This document shows, one piece after another, positions 1 through 8,348 of a DNA stretch of 64,000 bases. Each line of letters begins with the position of its first letter. The first letter of the stretch is position 1. The DNA comes from Candidatus Saccharimonadota bacterium (lineage in GTDB: Bacteria; Patescibacteriota; Saccharimonadia; Saccharimonadales; JACOTW01): positions 431 through 64,430 of the forward strand of contig JACOTW010000007.1 in NCBI GenBank assembly GCA_016178135.1. The letters are read 5' to 3'. The position numbers were made by a program, and so were the translations under genes. A model generated the notes under the pieces. It was not told where the DNA came from. It saw only the letters and a program-made list of their open reading frames with translations, and did no database searches.

Positions 1-65
1 GTTAGTTTGTGCTAGAATTAGCGTAATTGTTTCGATGAATCCGGGTTCGTAAAGTTATTTACTCG

Positions 66-1325
66 ATGTTCATTGCCGACAATGAATGTAAATCTAAAGT
101 AAATAAATTAACGAACAACAAGGATTCTATTTTTATGTCGTATTCATATACTTCACGGTCCAGTCACTACAATAAGCCACGCCCTTCAAACGGCAGAGGT
201 CGAAGAAATCAACCCAACAAACAAACGATACATGCCAGTAAATTCGTGCAGGCCGCTAAACCTGTCCAAATTGATGCCTACACCCCAACCCATCAATTCG
301 CGGATTTTACTATTCATTCACTTCTCAAACAAAACATCATAGCCAAAGGCTACAAAACACCATCGCCTATCCAAGATCAAGCTATTCCCCATGGTCTAAA
401 TGGTCAGGATATAATTGGCATCGCCAACACCGGTACAGGTAAAACTGCGGCGTTTGCCATTCCAATCTTAAACAAACTTTTTGACGACAAAAAATCTCGA
501 GCACTAATCATCGCGCCAACAAGAGAACTTGCCCAGCAAATCGAAGAAGAATTTCGATCTTTCGCTAAAGGCAGCGGTTTATTTGGAGCGCTCTTGATTG
601 GTGGCTCGTCTATGGGTCTTCAGCTAAGAGATTTACGGAGTAACCCAAATATCGTTATCGGTACACCAGGACGCATCAAAGATCATCTAGAACGTCGTAC
701 ACTTAATCTGTCTTTGTTCAATATTATAGTTCTTGACGAAGTCGATCGCATGGTTGATATGGGATTCATTAATGATATTCGTTACTTACTGGGTGCTCTA
801 GCTCCCGTGAGGCAATCACTGTTTTTTTCCGCTACTATTGATCCTAAAATTGAAGGACTCATTCAAAGCTTTCTCACCAATCCGGTCACCATATCTGTTA
901 AAACGGGGCAAACCGGTGAAAATATCGAACAAAACGTTATTCGCTACAATCACAGTAGCGAAAAAATTGATAAACTGCACGACTTACTGACCAGAGAAGA
1001 TGTTGCCAAAACATTAATTTTTGATGAAACTCATCGTAATGTAGATCGCCTTACTAAGGAGCTGGAAGTTCGTGGCTTCAATGTAGACGCTATTCATGGT
1101 GGCAAATCACAAGGACACCGCCAGCAAGCATTAAGGCGCTTTCGTAATAATGACATCAAGGTACTGGTCGCTACCGACGTAGCCGCCCGAGGCATTGATA
1201 TATCTGATATTACTCACGTGATTAATTATTCGGTACCCAACACCTACGATGATTACATTCACCGTATTGGTCGAGCTGGTCGAGCTGGTCGCATAGGCCA
1301 CGCTTTGACTTTTGTTAACCCCTAA
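66..1325 (+). CDS. DEAD-box ATP-dependent RNA helicase
   Basis: 419-aa ORF with Walker A ANTGTGKTAAF, DEVD (DEAD variant), SAT and HRIGRAGRAG motifs. The N-terminal tail is basic. The true start may be the Met at 135. Confidence 0.9.
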   Translation: MFIADNECKSKVNKLTNNKDSIFMSYSYTSRSSHYNKPRPSNGRGRRNQPNKQTIHASKFVQAAKPVQIDAYTPTHQFADFTIHSLLKQNIIAKGYKTPSPIQDQAIPHGLNGQDIIGIANTGTGKTAAFAIPILNKLFDDKKSRALIIAPTRELAQQIEEEFRSFAKGSGLFGALLIGGSSMGLQLRDLRSNPNIVIGTPGRIKDHLERRTLNLSLFNIIVLDEVDRMVDMGFINDIRYLLGALAPVRQSLFFSATIDPKIEGLIQSFLTNPVTISVKTGQTGENIEQNVIRYNHSSEKIDKLHDLLTREDVAKTLIFDETHRNVDRLTKELEVRGFNVDAIHGGKSQGHRQQALRRFRNNDIKVLVATDVAARGIDISDITHVINYSVPNTYDDYIHRIGRAGRAGRIGHALTFVNP

Positions 1326-1527
1326 TTTTGATCATCAATCTTAGGTTTGATAGGTAGTGCTCGGGGTTAACTTTTGGATGCACCCTAAGATACATAGCAT
1401 GATTTTCGATAAAAGAAATCAGATTATCGGGCCACAGAACTGCATTAGCCCGATAAGCTGACTCGGTCTTTAGCCCTGGATCAAGCTCCATAAGCCGCAA
1501 TTTTTCGCGTATTTCTTCTTCCGTCAT
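1315..1527 (-). CDS. hypothetical protein (70 aa)
   Basis: ORF only. It is convergent with the helicase and overlaps it by 11 nt. No recognisable motif. Confidence 0.35.
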   Translation of the reverse strand: MTEEEIREKLRLMELDPGLKTESAYRANAVLWPDNLISFIENHAMYLRVHPKVNPEHYLSNLRLMIKIRG

Positions 1528-1666
1528 TTAACTACAGTTTAACACATTTACTCTGTTTATGCTCAACTTTCCCAAAATCCTTAGACTGGACTTGCGCGCT
1601 TTCTCATTGCAACAGACAACAGCTGACTGACTACAAGCTGTCTATATTCTGTTATTATTCCAAAAG

Positions 1667-1807
1667 TATAGTCCCCGCAAAACAAATTCGTGGGTTTTTG
1701 AAGCAATGATCTTTGAGCCAAAAACTGACTTTTCCGAGAGAGACATATCCTTAGATACGTTGAACGAGGAAAGGCGGTTTTGGGCCAAAGAGGGTGATTC
1801 GAAAAAT
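1667..1807 (+). mobile_element. family-A palindromic MITE-like element, copy A1 (intergenic)
   Basis: TA + TAGTCCCCGCAAAACAAATTC arm + a 110-nt imperfect palindrome core. The core is identical to the copies at 8210, 49404 and 55610. Confidence 0.8.
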
Positions 1808-2122
1808 TGTCGGTTGGTAATAGCTCAAAAGCTAATTCGCCAAAAAATATTTTTTTCACAATATACTCCGTATTTAATTTTTGTTTTGTTTTTCAACATA
1901 CATCATTATACATGATTTTGTATATTTGTCAATCTTGGTATGCCGCATGTTCAGTACGTCCGGATTGTAAAAACCAAATTTTTATGCTTAAATACACTAT
2001 GCAGGTTCTTATCTGTCGTTCGCGGTCGGGATATTTGTTTCTTGGTTATTAAAGAGCAGGTCCGTCGATAAGCGTTTGCAATAAGGGGTCGTACCTGAAA
2101 GTTAATAATTAGGAAACAATAT

Positions 2123-2419
2123 ATGTATAAGTTATTTGTAGGTGGTTTGCCATTTTCAACTACTGACGACGAACTGCAACAGGCTTTTGCCCAGTACGGT
2201 ACCGTTGCTTCAGCAGTTGTTATTCGTGACCGCGACACCCAACGCAGTAAAGGTTTTGGATTCGTTGAATTTGAAAACGATGAAGAAGGCAAAGCTGCTC
2301 AGGATGCAATGAATGGTAAGGAACTTGGTGGCCGTGCTATTACGGTTAATCAAGCCCGTGAACGCGAAGAACGTCCACGTCGCGACTTCGGTGGTGACAA
2401 CAATCGCCGTAGCTGGTAA
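2123..2419 (+). CDS. RRM-type RNA-binding protein
   Basis: RNP-2 LFVGGL and RNP-1 KGFGFVEF motifs, with an RG-rich C-terminal tail. Confidence 0.85.
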   Translation: MYKLFVGGLPFSTTDDELQQAFAQYGTVASAVVIRDRDTQRSKGFGFVEFENDEEGKAAQDAMNGKELGGRAITVNQAREREERPRRDFGGDNNRRSW

Positions 2420-2463
2420 TCTACCAGACGCACTCTATTCCGCAAGGTATTAGAGTGCGCTAT

Positions 2464-2538
2464 CGCGGGGTAGAGCAGTGGCAGCTCGTGTGGCTCATAA
2501 CCACAAGGTCGCAGGTTCGAGTCCTGCCCCCGCTACCA
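2464..2538 (+). tRNA. initiator tRNA-fMet (anticodon CAT)
   Basis: Cloverleaf folded by hand. Acceptor CGCGGGG/CCCCGCT has a 1:72 mismatch, the anticodon loop is CTCATAA, the T-arm is GCAGG-TTCGAGT-CCTGC, and CCA is encoded. It closely resembles the E. coli initiator tRNA as I recall it. Confidence 0.85.
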
Positions 2539-4087
2539 AGAAAGATTCAGAAGGCTCTTCGGAGCCTTTTTCTGTTGTTATACATCTGTAAAGTGGGCTG
2601 ATTTGAGAGGTTCCAAACTTACCGCTCGTAGAGTCATAGACCAGCCTCTCTGGAAACAACATATTTTGGAACCTAATTTGTATATCTAGGTCAGATTCTA
2701 TCCATTGCTTGTCCACGTTGTCCATTACAGTAATTGCAAACTCAATATCTGTTTCATGAATGGTTTGTTGTTGTTCCAGCTCCCTTAATTCAGTGGACTT
2801 CTCTAGTTTCTGTTGGTCAAGTAACCCTGTCAGGTCATTCTTCTCCTCAACAGTTATAACACCCTCTGTAAGCTTCTGAATTGCATTAAGCCTAGAGGTG
2901 TCAATTTGGCTTAAATCCTGCCTGAGAGTGCTTATGTGCTGGTTTAGCTTACCCAGTGCATTACCCGCCTCTCTTATCAATACTGTTTTGTATAGTTTTA
3001 AAATGCCCTCTGATGGTTTTATGCGTTTTAGCATATCTTCAAAATCATCATGTACTTGTCTGGCCTTTATGGACTTAACTAAGCCCTTACAGGTGGCTCT
3101 GGCACAGTGGTATCTAGGAGAGCGTTTGCCGTTCCCAGTAGTCGGTGCTGAGGCATACAGCTTATTGTTACAGTTATGACAGAGTAGTAGCCCTTTTAGC
3201 GGATACTCCCTGTTTTGTTTGAGGTGTGTCTCATTTTTTCTGCTGTTCTTACCATATAACAACGATTGATTCCTCTCAAAAGTATCTACAGATATTAATG
3301 ACAAGTGCTTACCATCCACTAACTCGTAGTTGGTAAACTTATCACTAATGTATCCAGCGTATATAGGGTGTTTTATCATTCTGTTTATGCTGTCTTCGCT
3401 TAGTATCTTGCCATAACGGCTCCTAAGCCCAATATCTGAGGCGTAACGGCTCAATTCGGCCTTTGTCGTATCTCCAACACTAAAGCGTTCTAAGACCTTC
3501 TTAACCTTTTCAGCCATCCCGTTAGGCTTAAGTGTTGGACGCGGTTTGCCACGCTCATTTAGTATCTTGTGTGTTTCGTAGCCAATCATGGGCGGATGTT
3601 GCCAGTAACCCTGTTCCGCCAAAGCTTTCATATTATCTACCGTTACTTCCGCCTTGCCCTCATTGTCCAACTGACCAAGCAGAACTAGGAAGTTTTCCAT
3701 GAATCTACCTATTTTAGTATCATCTACAACCGATTCCGTTGCTGAACGAACGGTAATCCCCATAGTTTTTAAAACTAATCTAATCTGCTGTACGTATGAG
3801 TCTAAATCACGAGACGCCCTTCTCATGTTATAGACAATCAAATAATCTATCTTACCTCTGAACTTCTTTGCGAAAGCGAGTAAGTTTAAAAGTTCTTCAC
3901 GATCCGCATTTTTACCTGACTTCGCTATATCTTCGAACCACTCGATTATTTCTATATCTTTATCTTCAGCGTACTTTGTAATTATTGCCCTTTGTGTCTC
4001 AGGACTTTCATTATCTATCTGCCTTGTAGACGATATTCGTATGTATGCAACTGCTTTTTTTCTCGTTTCGAGAGCCATAGTACTCAC
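2495..4087 (-). CDS. large serine recombinase (integrase)
   Basis: N-terminal resolvase catalytic motif VAYIRISSTRQ, a recombinase domain, a Cys-rich zinc-ribbon (CHNCNNK...RYHCARATCKG) and a coiled-coil C-terminus. The last ~15 codons are antisense to the tRNA. Confidence 0.9.
   Translation of the reverse strand: MSTMALETRKKAVAYIRISSTRQIDNESPETQRAIITKYAEDKDIEIIEWFEDIAKSGKNADREELLNLLAFAKKFRGKIDYLIVYNMRRASRDLDSYVQQIRLVLKTMGITVRSATESVVDDTKIGRFMENFLVLLGQLDNEGKAEVTVDNMKALAEQGYWQHPPMIGYETHKILNERGKPRPTLKPNGMAEKVKKVLERFSVGDTTKAELSRYASDIGLRSRYGKILSEDSINRMIKHPIYAGYISDKFTNYELVDGKHLSLISVDTFERNQSLLYGKNSRKNETHLKQNREYPLKGLLLCHNCNNKLYASAPTTGNGKRSPRYHCARATCKGLVKSIKARQVHDDFEDMLKRIKPSEGILKLYKTVLIREAGNALGKLNQHISTLRQDLSQIDTSRLNAIQKLTEGVITVEEKNDLTGLLDQQKLEKSTELRELEQQQTIHETDIEFAITVMDNVDKQWIESDLDIQIRFQNMLFPERLVYDSTSGKFGTSQISPLYRCITTEKGSEEPSESFLVAGAGLEPATLWL
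2551..2571 (+). terminator. rho-independent terminator after tRNA-fMet
   Basis: AAGGCTC-TTCG-GAGCCTT hairpin followed by a T-run. Confidence 0.6.
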
Positions 4088-4311
4088 TATACACCAAGCT
4101 CTTTTTTGGAACTACTTCTTTGCAAGTATTGTTTAGCCATAAGAGTAAGGGTGTCTATTATTTCGATCATTTGGTTGTCGGATAGCCCAACAGAATCTTT
4201 ACCAAGTATTTTTCTGGCTTCCTTGACGCTAATTGAGGGCTTATAAGCAGCTTTTAGACCTAGGTACATAAAAAGAACGCACTTCCCCTGCCGATTGTCG
4301 CCAACCAGCAT
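4087..4311 (-). CDS. small hypothetical protein (possible excisionase or DNA-binding protein)
   Basis: ORF abutting the recombinase start. The likely start is the internal Met (MYLGLK...). No motif recognised. Confidence 0.3.
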   Translation of the reverse strand: MLVGDNRQGKCVLFMYLGLKAAYKPSISVKEARKILGKDSVGLSDNQMIEIIDTLTLMAKQYLQRSSSKKELGV

Positions 4312-4405
4312 TAATGCGTTCTAAATGACTGCTTATGTTTTATAAATCTTAAGGAACTATATATATTCTAACATTTGCTCTTATCAGACACAATATAGGG
4401 CAGTC

Positions 4406-4852
4406 TTAGCCGTTTTTGTTGACCTGTTGCATAAGATTCACATGGACTGGCTGCATGGGTATAATACCCTCAATTTTATCTAGATATACCAGAGCTTTAT
4501 AACGTACATTCCAGTCAGGAAGGGTGATATAACCACCGTTATACATCCTGCCGCCCGGAGTTTCTGCATAGAAGTCTTCAGGTTCTCTGGCGGGGATTTT
4601 TTTAGTTGCTCCAAGCATTTGCCCCCACAATCTGGCTCGCTCGATATTCGTGTTCTCGGCGTACTCCTCAATCAAACTTATATAGTTACGCCGTTTCTGT
4701 GCGATTACGTGCGATTCAGACCTCATAAGGCGTGAGGCAGTGCTATTACTTTGCATAGCAGTACCCTGGATTGCTTCTCGTGTAGACATGCCTTCTGCAA
4801 GACGCTGAAGCACTATAGACTTGTCTTCAAGTGGAATCGTTTTATTAGCCAT
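4406..4852 (-). CDS. HTH protein resembling a phage terminase small subunit
   Basis: N-terminal HTH (LAEGMSTREAI) and a C-terminal PDWNVRYKALVYLDKIEGI segment, which resembles the TerS (Terminase_2-type) pattern as I recall it. Confidence 0.45.
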   Translation of the reverse strand: MANKTIPLEDKSIVLQRLAEGMSTREAIQGTAMQSNSTASRLMRSESHVIAQKRRNYISLIEEYAENTNIERARLWGQMLGATKKIPAREPEDFYAETPGGRMYNGGYITLPDWNVRYKALVYLDKIEGIIPMQPVHVNLMQQVNKNG

Positions 4853-4932
4853 GCTCCTATTTTACACCTATCTAACAGATAGGAAATAATTTCATAATTG
4901 AAAAAGGTGTTTGTAAAGAGTTATGCTGTGGA

Positions 4933-5045
4933 TGTCTAGATTAGCGACAGTTTTTATTTGCACTCGAGAATGGGCAACCTCTCTCGAAAACGATGAGTGC
5001 AAACTTGTCGCTGGTCTAGACAATCTAGAGGAGGTTGTCCTTTTT
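4933..5045 (+). promoter_or_regulatory. long nested hairpin in the divergent control region or 5' leader
   Basis: GTCTAGATTAGCGACAGTTT pairs with AAACTTGTCGCTGGTCTAGAC, and the inner TTTGCACTC pairs with GAGTGCAAA. The loop sequence GGGCAACCTC is complementary to the downstream GAGGTTGTCC followed by T5. Confidence 0.45.
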
Positions 5046-5075
5046 GATAGCCTCTGAAATTAATCAGGAGGCCGT

Positions 5076-5585
5076 ATGAGCACCCACAGCAAAAGACAAG
5101 AACTTATTAATCAAGCTAACTCGTGGGCAAACTGGAGTTTCGCGGGGCTATTATTTCCTGCTGGAGGCTGGTTCGCTGGTATCAAAAGCCTGATGAAACT
5201 AAGCAAACTTACCCCGAAGACAAACGAAGAAATACGGTTATTCCAGAATATACGCACCAAGGCGTGGTGGGCGTTGGTGTTATCTACTCTGACTTTTATT
5301 ATTGTAGTGTGGGTCAGAATAGACAACTACCAGCAAGCGGAGCGGGAAGCGACTGAGGCAAGCCAACAAGCAGATGAGGCCAAGAAAACAGAAGAAGCAC
5401 AGCAAGAACAGGCTGCTGCGTCCAGAGCTACTCAGCAATTACTACTAAATAACTGCTTAGAAGGGATTGATAAATGGTATAGAGAAAACTCAACCGGCCT
5501 TAATACTGACTCTTACTGGGATAGATTATTAGAACTTCGCAAGCAATATACTACTGAGTGCAATGCCAAGTACCCAGTGCAATAG
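5076..5585 (+). CDS. membrane protein with Q/E-rich linker and a Cys...C-x-KYP C-terminal module
   Basis: AGGAGG RBS 6 nt upstream and two predicted TM segments. The C-terminal motif is shared with the next ORF. Confidence 0.5.
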   Translation: MSTHSKRQELINQANSWANWSFAGLLFPAGGWFAGIKSLMKLSKLTPKTNEEIRLFQNIRTKAWWALVLSTLTFIIVVWVRIDNYQQAEREATEASQQADEAKKTEEAQQEQAAASRATQQLLLNNCLEGIDKWYRENSTGLNTDSYWDRLLELRKQYTTECNAKYPVQ

Positions 5586-5600
5586 GAAGGGAAAATATCA

Positions 5601-5954
5601 ATGATTCATGCCGCGTTATGGTTAATATCAGCTTGCATAGTAGTAACTTTTGTTCTTGTTGGTTTGGGGTTAGCAGGAGCCTTGCTTGGGTTTCTTTTTA
5701 GTAAGGAGATGGCACCAATAACAATTGGAGCTATTTTACTTATTGGGTTTTGGGTATATAGAACTGTTGATAGCCAAAATAAGCAAACAGAGGTTCGTCG
5801 TAAGAACAATACGGTATTACAGCAACAGTGTATTGATAGAGTACGGTCAATAGCAAAGGCTAATTTTAAGCCCGATTTAACTTATCTTAAGAAGTTAAAT
5901 GTGGCGAAAGAACAAGCCATCACTGATTGTGAAATAAAATACCCTACCTACTAG
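5601..5954 (+). CDS. membrane protein, paralog of the preceding ORF
   Basis: Two TM segments. The C-terminal QQQCIDRV...DCEIKYPTY parallels NNCLEGID...ECNAKYPVQ in the preceding ORF. Confidence 0.5.
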   Translation: MIHAALWLISACIVVTFVLVGLGLAGALLGFLFSKEMAPITIGAILLIGFWVYRTVDSQNKQTEVRRKNNTVLQQQCIDRVRSIAKANFKPDLTYLKKLNVAKEQAITDCEIKYPTY

Positions 5955-6133
5955 ATTATTCTTTATTTACTTTTCCCCAAGGTTCAATTCTGAATTCACC
6001 CCAGTTAAGCATAAGCTTATACACAATCTTTATGCTTACCATTCCATGAAATACTTGACATGTTTTGTCAAGATGATATATACTGTAATGGCTAAATCGA
6101 AACGGTCATCTTCGGATGGCCGTTTTACTTAAC

Positions 6134-6745
6134 TTAATAGAGAATAGCCCTGTGCTGTGCAACTGATTCAAGATTAATTAAATCTATACAGCCCTCTTTG
6201 TCCAAGTCCTTAAGTTTTCCAGATGTGTTCAGGCTTGCTGGATATTTCAAGGGAGAGAACACCCGTACTTTTTTTCTGAGTTCTGAAACTACAAATTCGT
6301 ATAAGTAAGCGAAGTCTCCATCTCCAGAAAAAACGATAATATCATCGCATTTATCAGTAATACAAAGCCTTGTTACATCAACAGTAAGTTCAGCGTCGCA
6401 ATTCGCTTTAGATTTATCGTTCATTTTATGCTCGTGGATGAATTCATTTTTACACTTCGGGCATTCACAGCCAATTTCTATAATTTTTCCATCGTAGACT
6501 TGGACTGGTTTTATTTTCATTTCATAACCGAGTTTGGCTAAACCATTATATTTGTTTTCACGCTGCGAATCGCCTTCAACTAAGCCAACGTATAAGAATA
6601 CTTTTTTAACATTCTTCTTGTTTCTTAGCCACCAATAGAGCTTTACATAGTCAACGTTCTTATAGCCCATAGCCTTAAAACTCTTAAATAGGTTTTCTCC
6701 GTCAATAAAAGCATATGTTACTGGTTGCTTGGTCATGCAACACAT
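6134..6745 (-). CDS. NYN/LabA-like (PIN-fold) nuclease domain protein with inserted zinc ribbon
   Basis: AFIDGENL and FSGDGDF motifs typical of NYN domains, with a CECPKCKNEF insert. The likely start is the Met at 6736. Confidence 0.7.
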   Translation of the reverse strand: MCCMTKQPVTYAFIDGENLFKSFKAMGYKNVDYVKLYWWLRNKKNVKKVFLYVGLVEGDSQRENKYNGLAKLGYEMKIKPVQVYDGKIIEIGCECPKCKNEFIHEHKMNDKSKANCDAELTVDVTRLCITDKCDDIIVFSGDGDFAYLYEFVVSELRKKVRVFSPLKYPASLNTSGKLKDLDKEGCIDLINLESVAQHRAILY

Positions 6746-6993
6746 TATAGCTTGTTACGCTATTAAATTAGGATATTCGCCTCTTGCGTTCCAGTCTTAA
6801 GGGGTAGAGTAAATAATCGGGTTAACTACTCTTGAGAGTATCTTCCATCTCGCTAACTCCTCACGGATATTGTTCCAATTCGAATGAACAAGGGCTACCA
6901 AAATAAGAATCCCAGCTTGTCTGGGGTTTTTATTTTGGTACAGAGTCAAGATTCCGGTTCTGCGACAGAGATTTTCTGAAAGAAAATATCGTA

Positions 6994-7088
6994 GTCGCAG
7001 GTTCGTTGGAGCAACAGCTCTCGCAGAAGCTCGCTTAGAGAAAGCTGTTGCGGATAAAGGACGAAGTCCGCTGTCCTGCCCCCGCTAC
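6994..7088 (+). repeat. duplicated tRNA-fMet 3' segment (candidate att site) split by a 67-nt hairpin insert
   Basis: GTCGCAGGTTCG (6994-7005) and GTCCTGCCCCCGCTAC (7073-7088) are identical to 2508-2519 and 2521-2536. The insert carries a perfect 9-bp stem GCAACAGCT/AGCTGTTGC. Confidence 0.7.
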
Positions 7089-7104
7089 TAAGTTTTGATT
7101 TAAG

Positions 7105-7126
7105 TCGGCCGAAAGGCCGATTTTTT
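7105..7126 (+). terminator. rho-independent terminator after the tRNA fragment
   Basis: TCGGCC-GAAA-GGCCGA followed by T6. Confidence 0.65.
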
Positions 7127-7280
7127 GCATTAACAGATAAGAATTGTTCAGTTTAGCGGCTCCAAAACCAGTTGAGAAATTGTAACAAACCTGCAAAAAT
7201 TACATCTGTTAGAGTATGGACCTCTGAAGCTCCTGAAGCCTGAAGCACTCTGAAGCATTTCAGTAACTTTTGCGTTGGGA

Positions 7281-7308
7281 TTGACAGGTATTACAATGTG
7301 TGTATAAT
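7281..7308 (+). promoter_or_regulatory. sigma-70-type promoter of the toxin-antitoxin pair
   Basis: TTGACA (7281-7286), a 16-nt spacer, then TGTGTATAAT, an extended -10 (TATAAT at 7303-7308), 9 nt before the ATG. Confidence 0.6.
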
Positions 7309-7316
7309 GTATTACT

Positions 7317-7592
7317 ATGAATACATCAGTTATCAGTATCAAAACCGATCCCAAGACCAAGAAGGAACTCCAGGGCTTCGCCGAATCTTTGGGTATGACA
7401 GTGAGCGGGCTTATCAACGCACAGGTGCGTCAAATGCTGCGTGACCGCAAGGTTGTGTTGACCGATACGCTTGAGCCCACGCCTTACTTAGAAAATATCA
7501 TGCGCCAGACCGAGAAAGACCTAAAAACCGGCAAAAACATTAGTAAACCAATGACGCCAGATGAACTTTTTGACCACCTAGCTAGTCTATGA
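7317..7592 (+). CDS. RelB/DinJ-family antitoxin
   Basis: N-terminal ribbon-helix-helix pattern ISIKTDPKTKKELQGFAESLGMTVSGLINAQVRQM. It overlaps the toxin start by 4 nt. Confidence 0.75.
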   Translation: MNTSVISIKTDPKTKKELQGFAESLGMTVSGLINAQVRQMLRDRKVVLTDTLEPTPYLENIMRQTEKDLKTGKNISKPMTPDELFDHLASL

Positions 7593-7844
7593 ACGTACGT
7601 CCACAAAAAAGTTTTAATCGCCAGTTTTCTAGGCTAAAGTCTAACCAAAAACAAACAGCCACCAATCGCATTAAGCTGTTCGTGATCAACCCCTATGATG
7701 CTCAGCATCCACTCAAAGGCGAGTGGCATGGTTACAGATCCATCAGTGTAGGCGGTGACTTGCGTATTCATTTCAAAGAGCTGCCAGATAAATAAGACCA
7801 TTCTTTTTGTAGCCATCGGCACGCACGCTCAATTGTACAAATAA
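7589..7844 (+). pseudogene. RelE/YafQ-family toxin, frameshifted
   Basis: HPLKGEWHGYRSISVGGDLRIHF lies in frame 1 and stops at 7795. The canonical C-terminus TILFVAIGTHAQLYK continues in the +1 frame to 7844, with the shift in the GATAAATAAG run. Confidence 0.65.
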
Positions 7845-8209
7845 ACCCATTTCGGCACCCGCCTACGGCTAGCTTCCCGAGTGACTTTCTCTCCCTCATA
7901 ATCTTCTAGAAAATTCTATACTGGTCTGAACTCGAAAGCTGTTCCATGACCTTAATATTTTATCGGCATACCATAGGTGTTAATACGTTAAATCACATTT
8001 TTATTATCTGTTCGAGATTAAACCCCATATCCCCATATCCCCCATTTAATGGCGAATGGCAGGCACTACCAGACGATAGGTTTATGACAAGTGCCGAGCT
8101 GCTTGAATCAGTCGAGCGGGTGCCACGCCTATTCCCAAATGCATAAGTTCGAGTCCTAGCTATTGGGTCAAGTAATATAATTTTGAGCCAAAACTCGATT
8201 CCAGCGAAG

Positions 8210-8348
8210 TATAGCCCCCGCAAAACAAATTCCCGACTTTTCGAATCACCCTCTTTGGCCCAAAACCGCCTTTCCTCGTTCAACGTATCTAAGGATATGT
8301 CTCTCTCGGAAAAGTCAGTTTTTGGCTCAAAGATCATTGCTTCAAAAA
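8210..8348 (-). mobile_element. family-A element, copy A2 (core inverted relative to its arm)
   Basis: The TATAGCCCCCGCAAAACAAATTC arm is in the same window orientation as the other copies, but the identical 110-nt core is reverse-complemented. So the arm is attached to the opposite end of the core. Confidence 0.8.

Larger units (their letters stand above)
2508..7088. mobile_element. integrative element inserted at the 3' part of tRNA-fMet (about 4.6 kb)
   Basis: 29 nt of the tRNA 3' part (2508-2536) recur at 6994-7005 plus 7073-7088. The recombinase gene abuts and overlaps the tRNA. The cargo consists of small HTH/TerS-like, membrane and NYN genes. Confidence 0.65.

Noticed and set aside
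6780-7126. A possible tmRNA (ssrA). The region has a tRNA-like 3' end with a terminator, an upstream GGGGTAGAG, and a potential tag ORF ending ...KLA-stop.
   Set aside because: The acceptor strands do not pair, there is no G3:U70, the T-arm halves are 67 nt apart, and the matches to tRNA-fMet are exact copies. A displaced tRNA 3' end explains it better.
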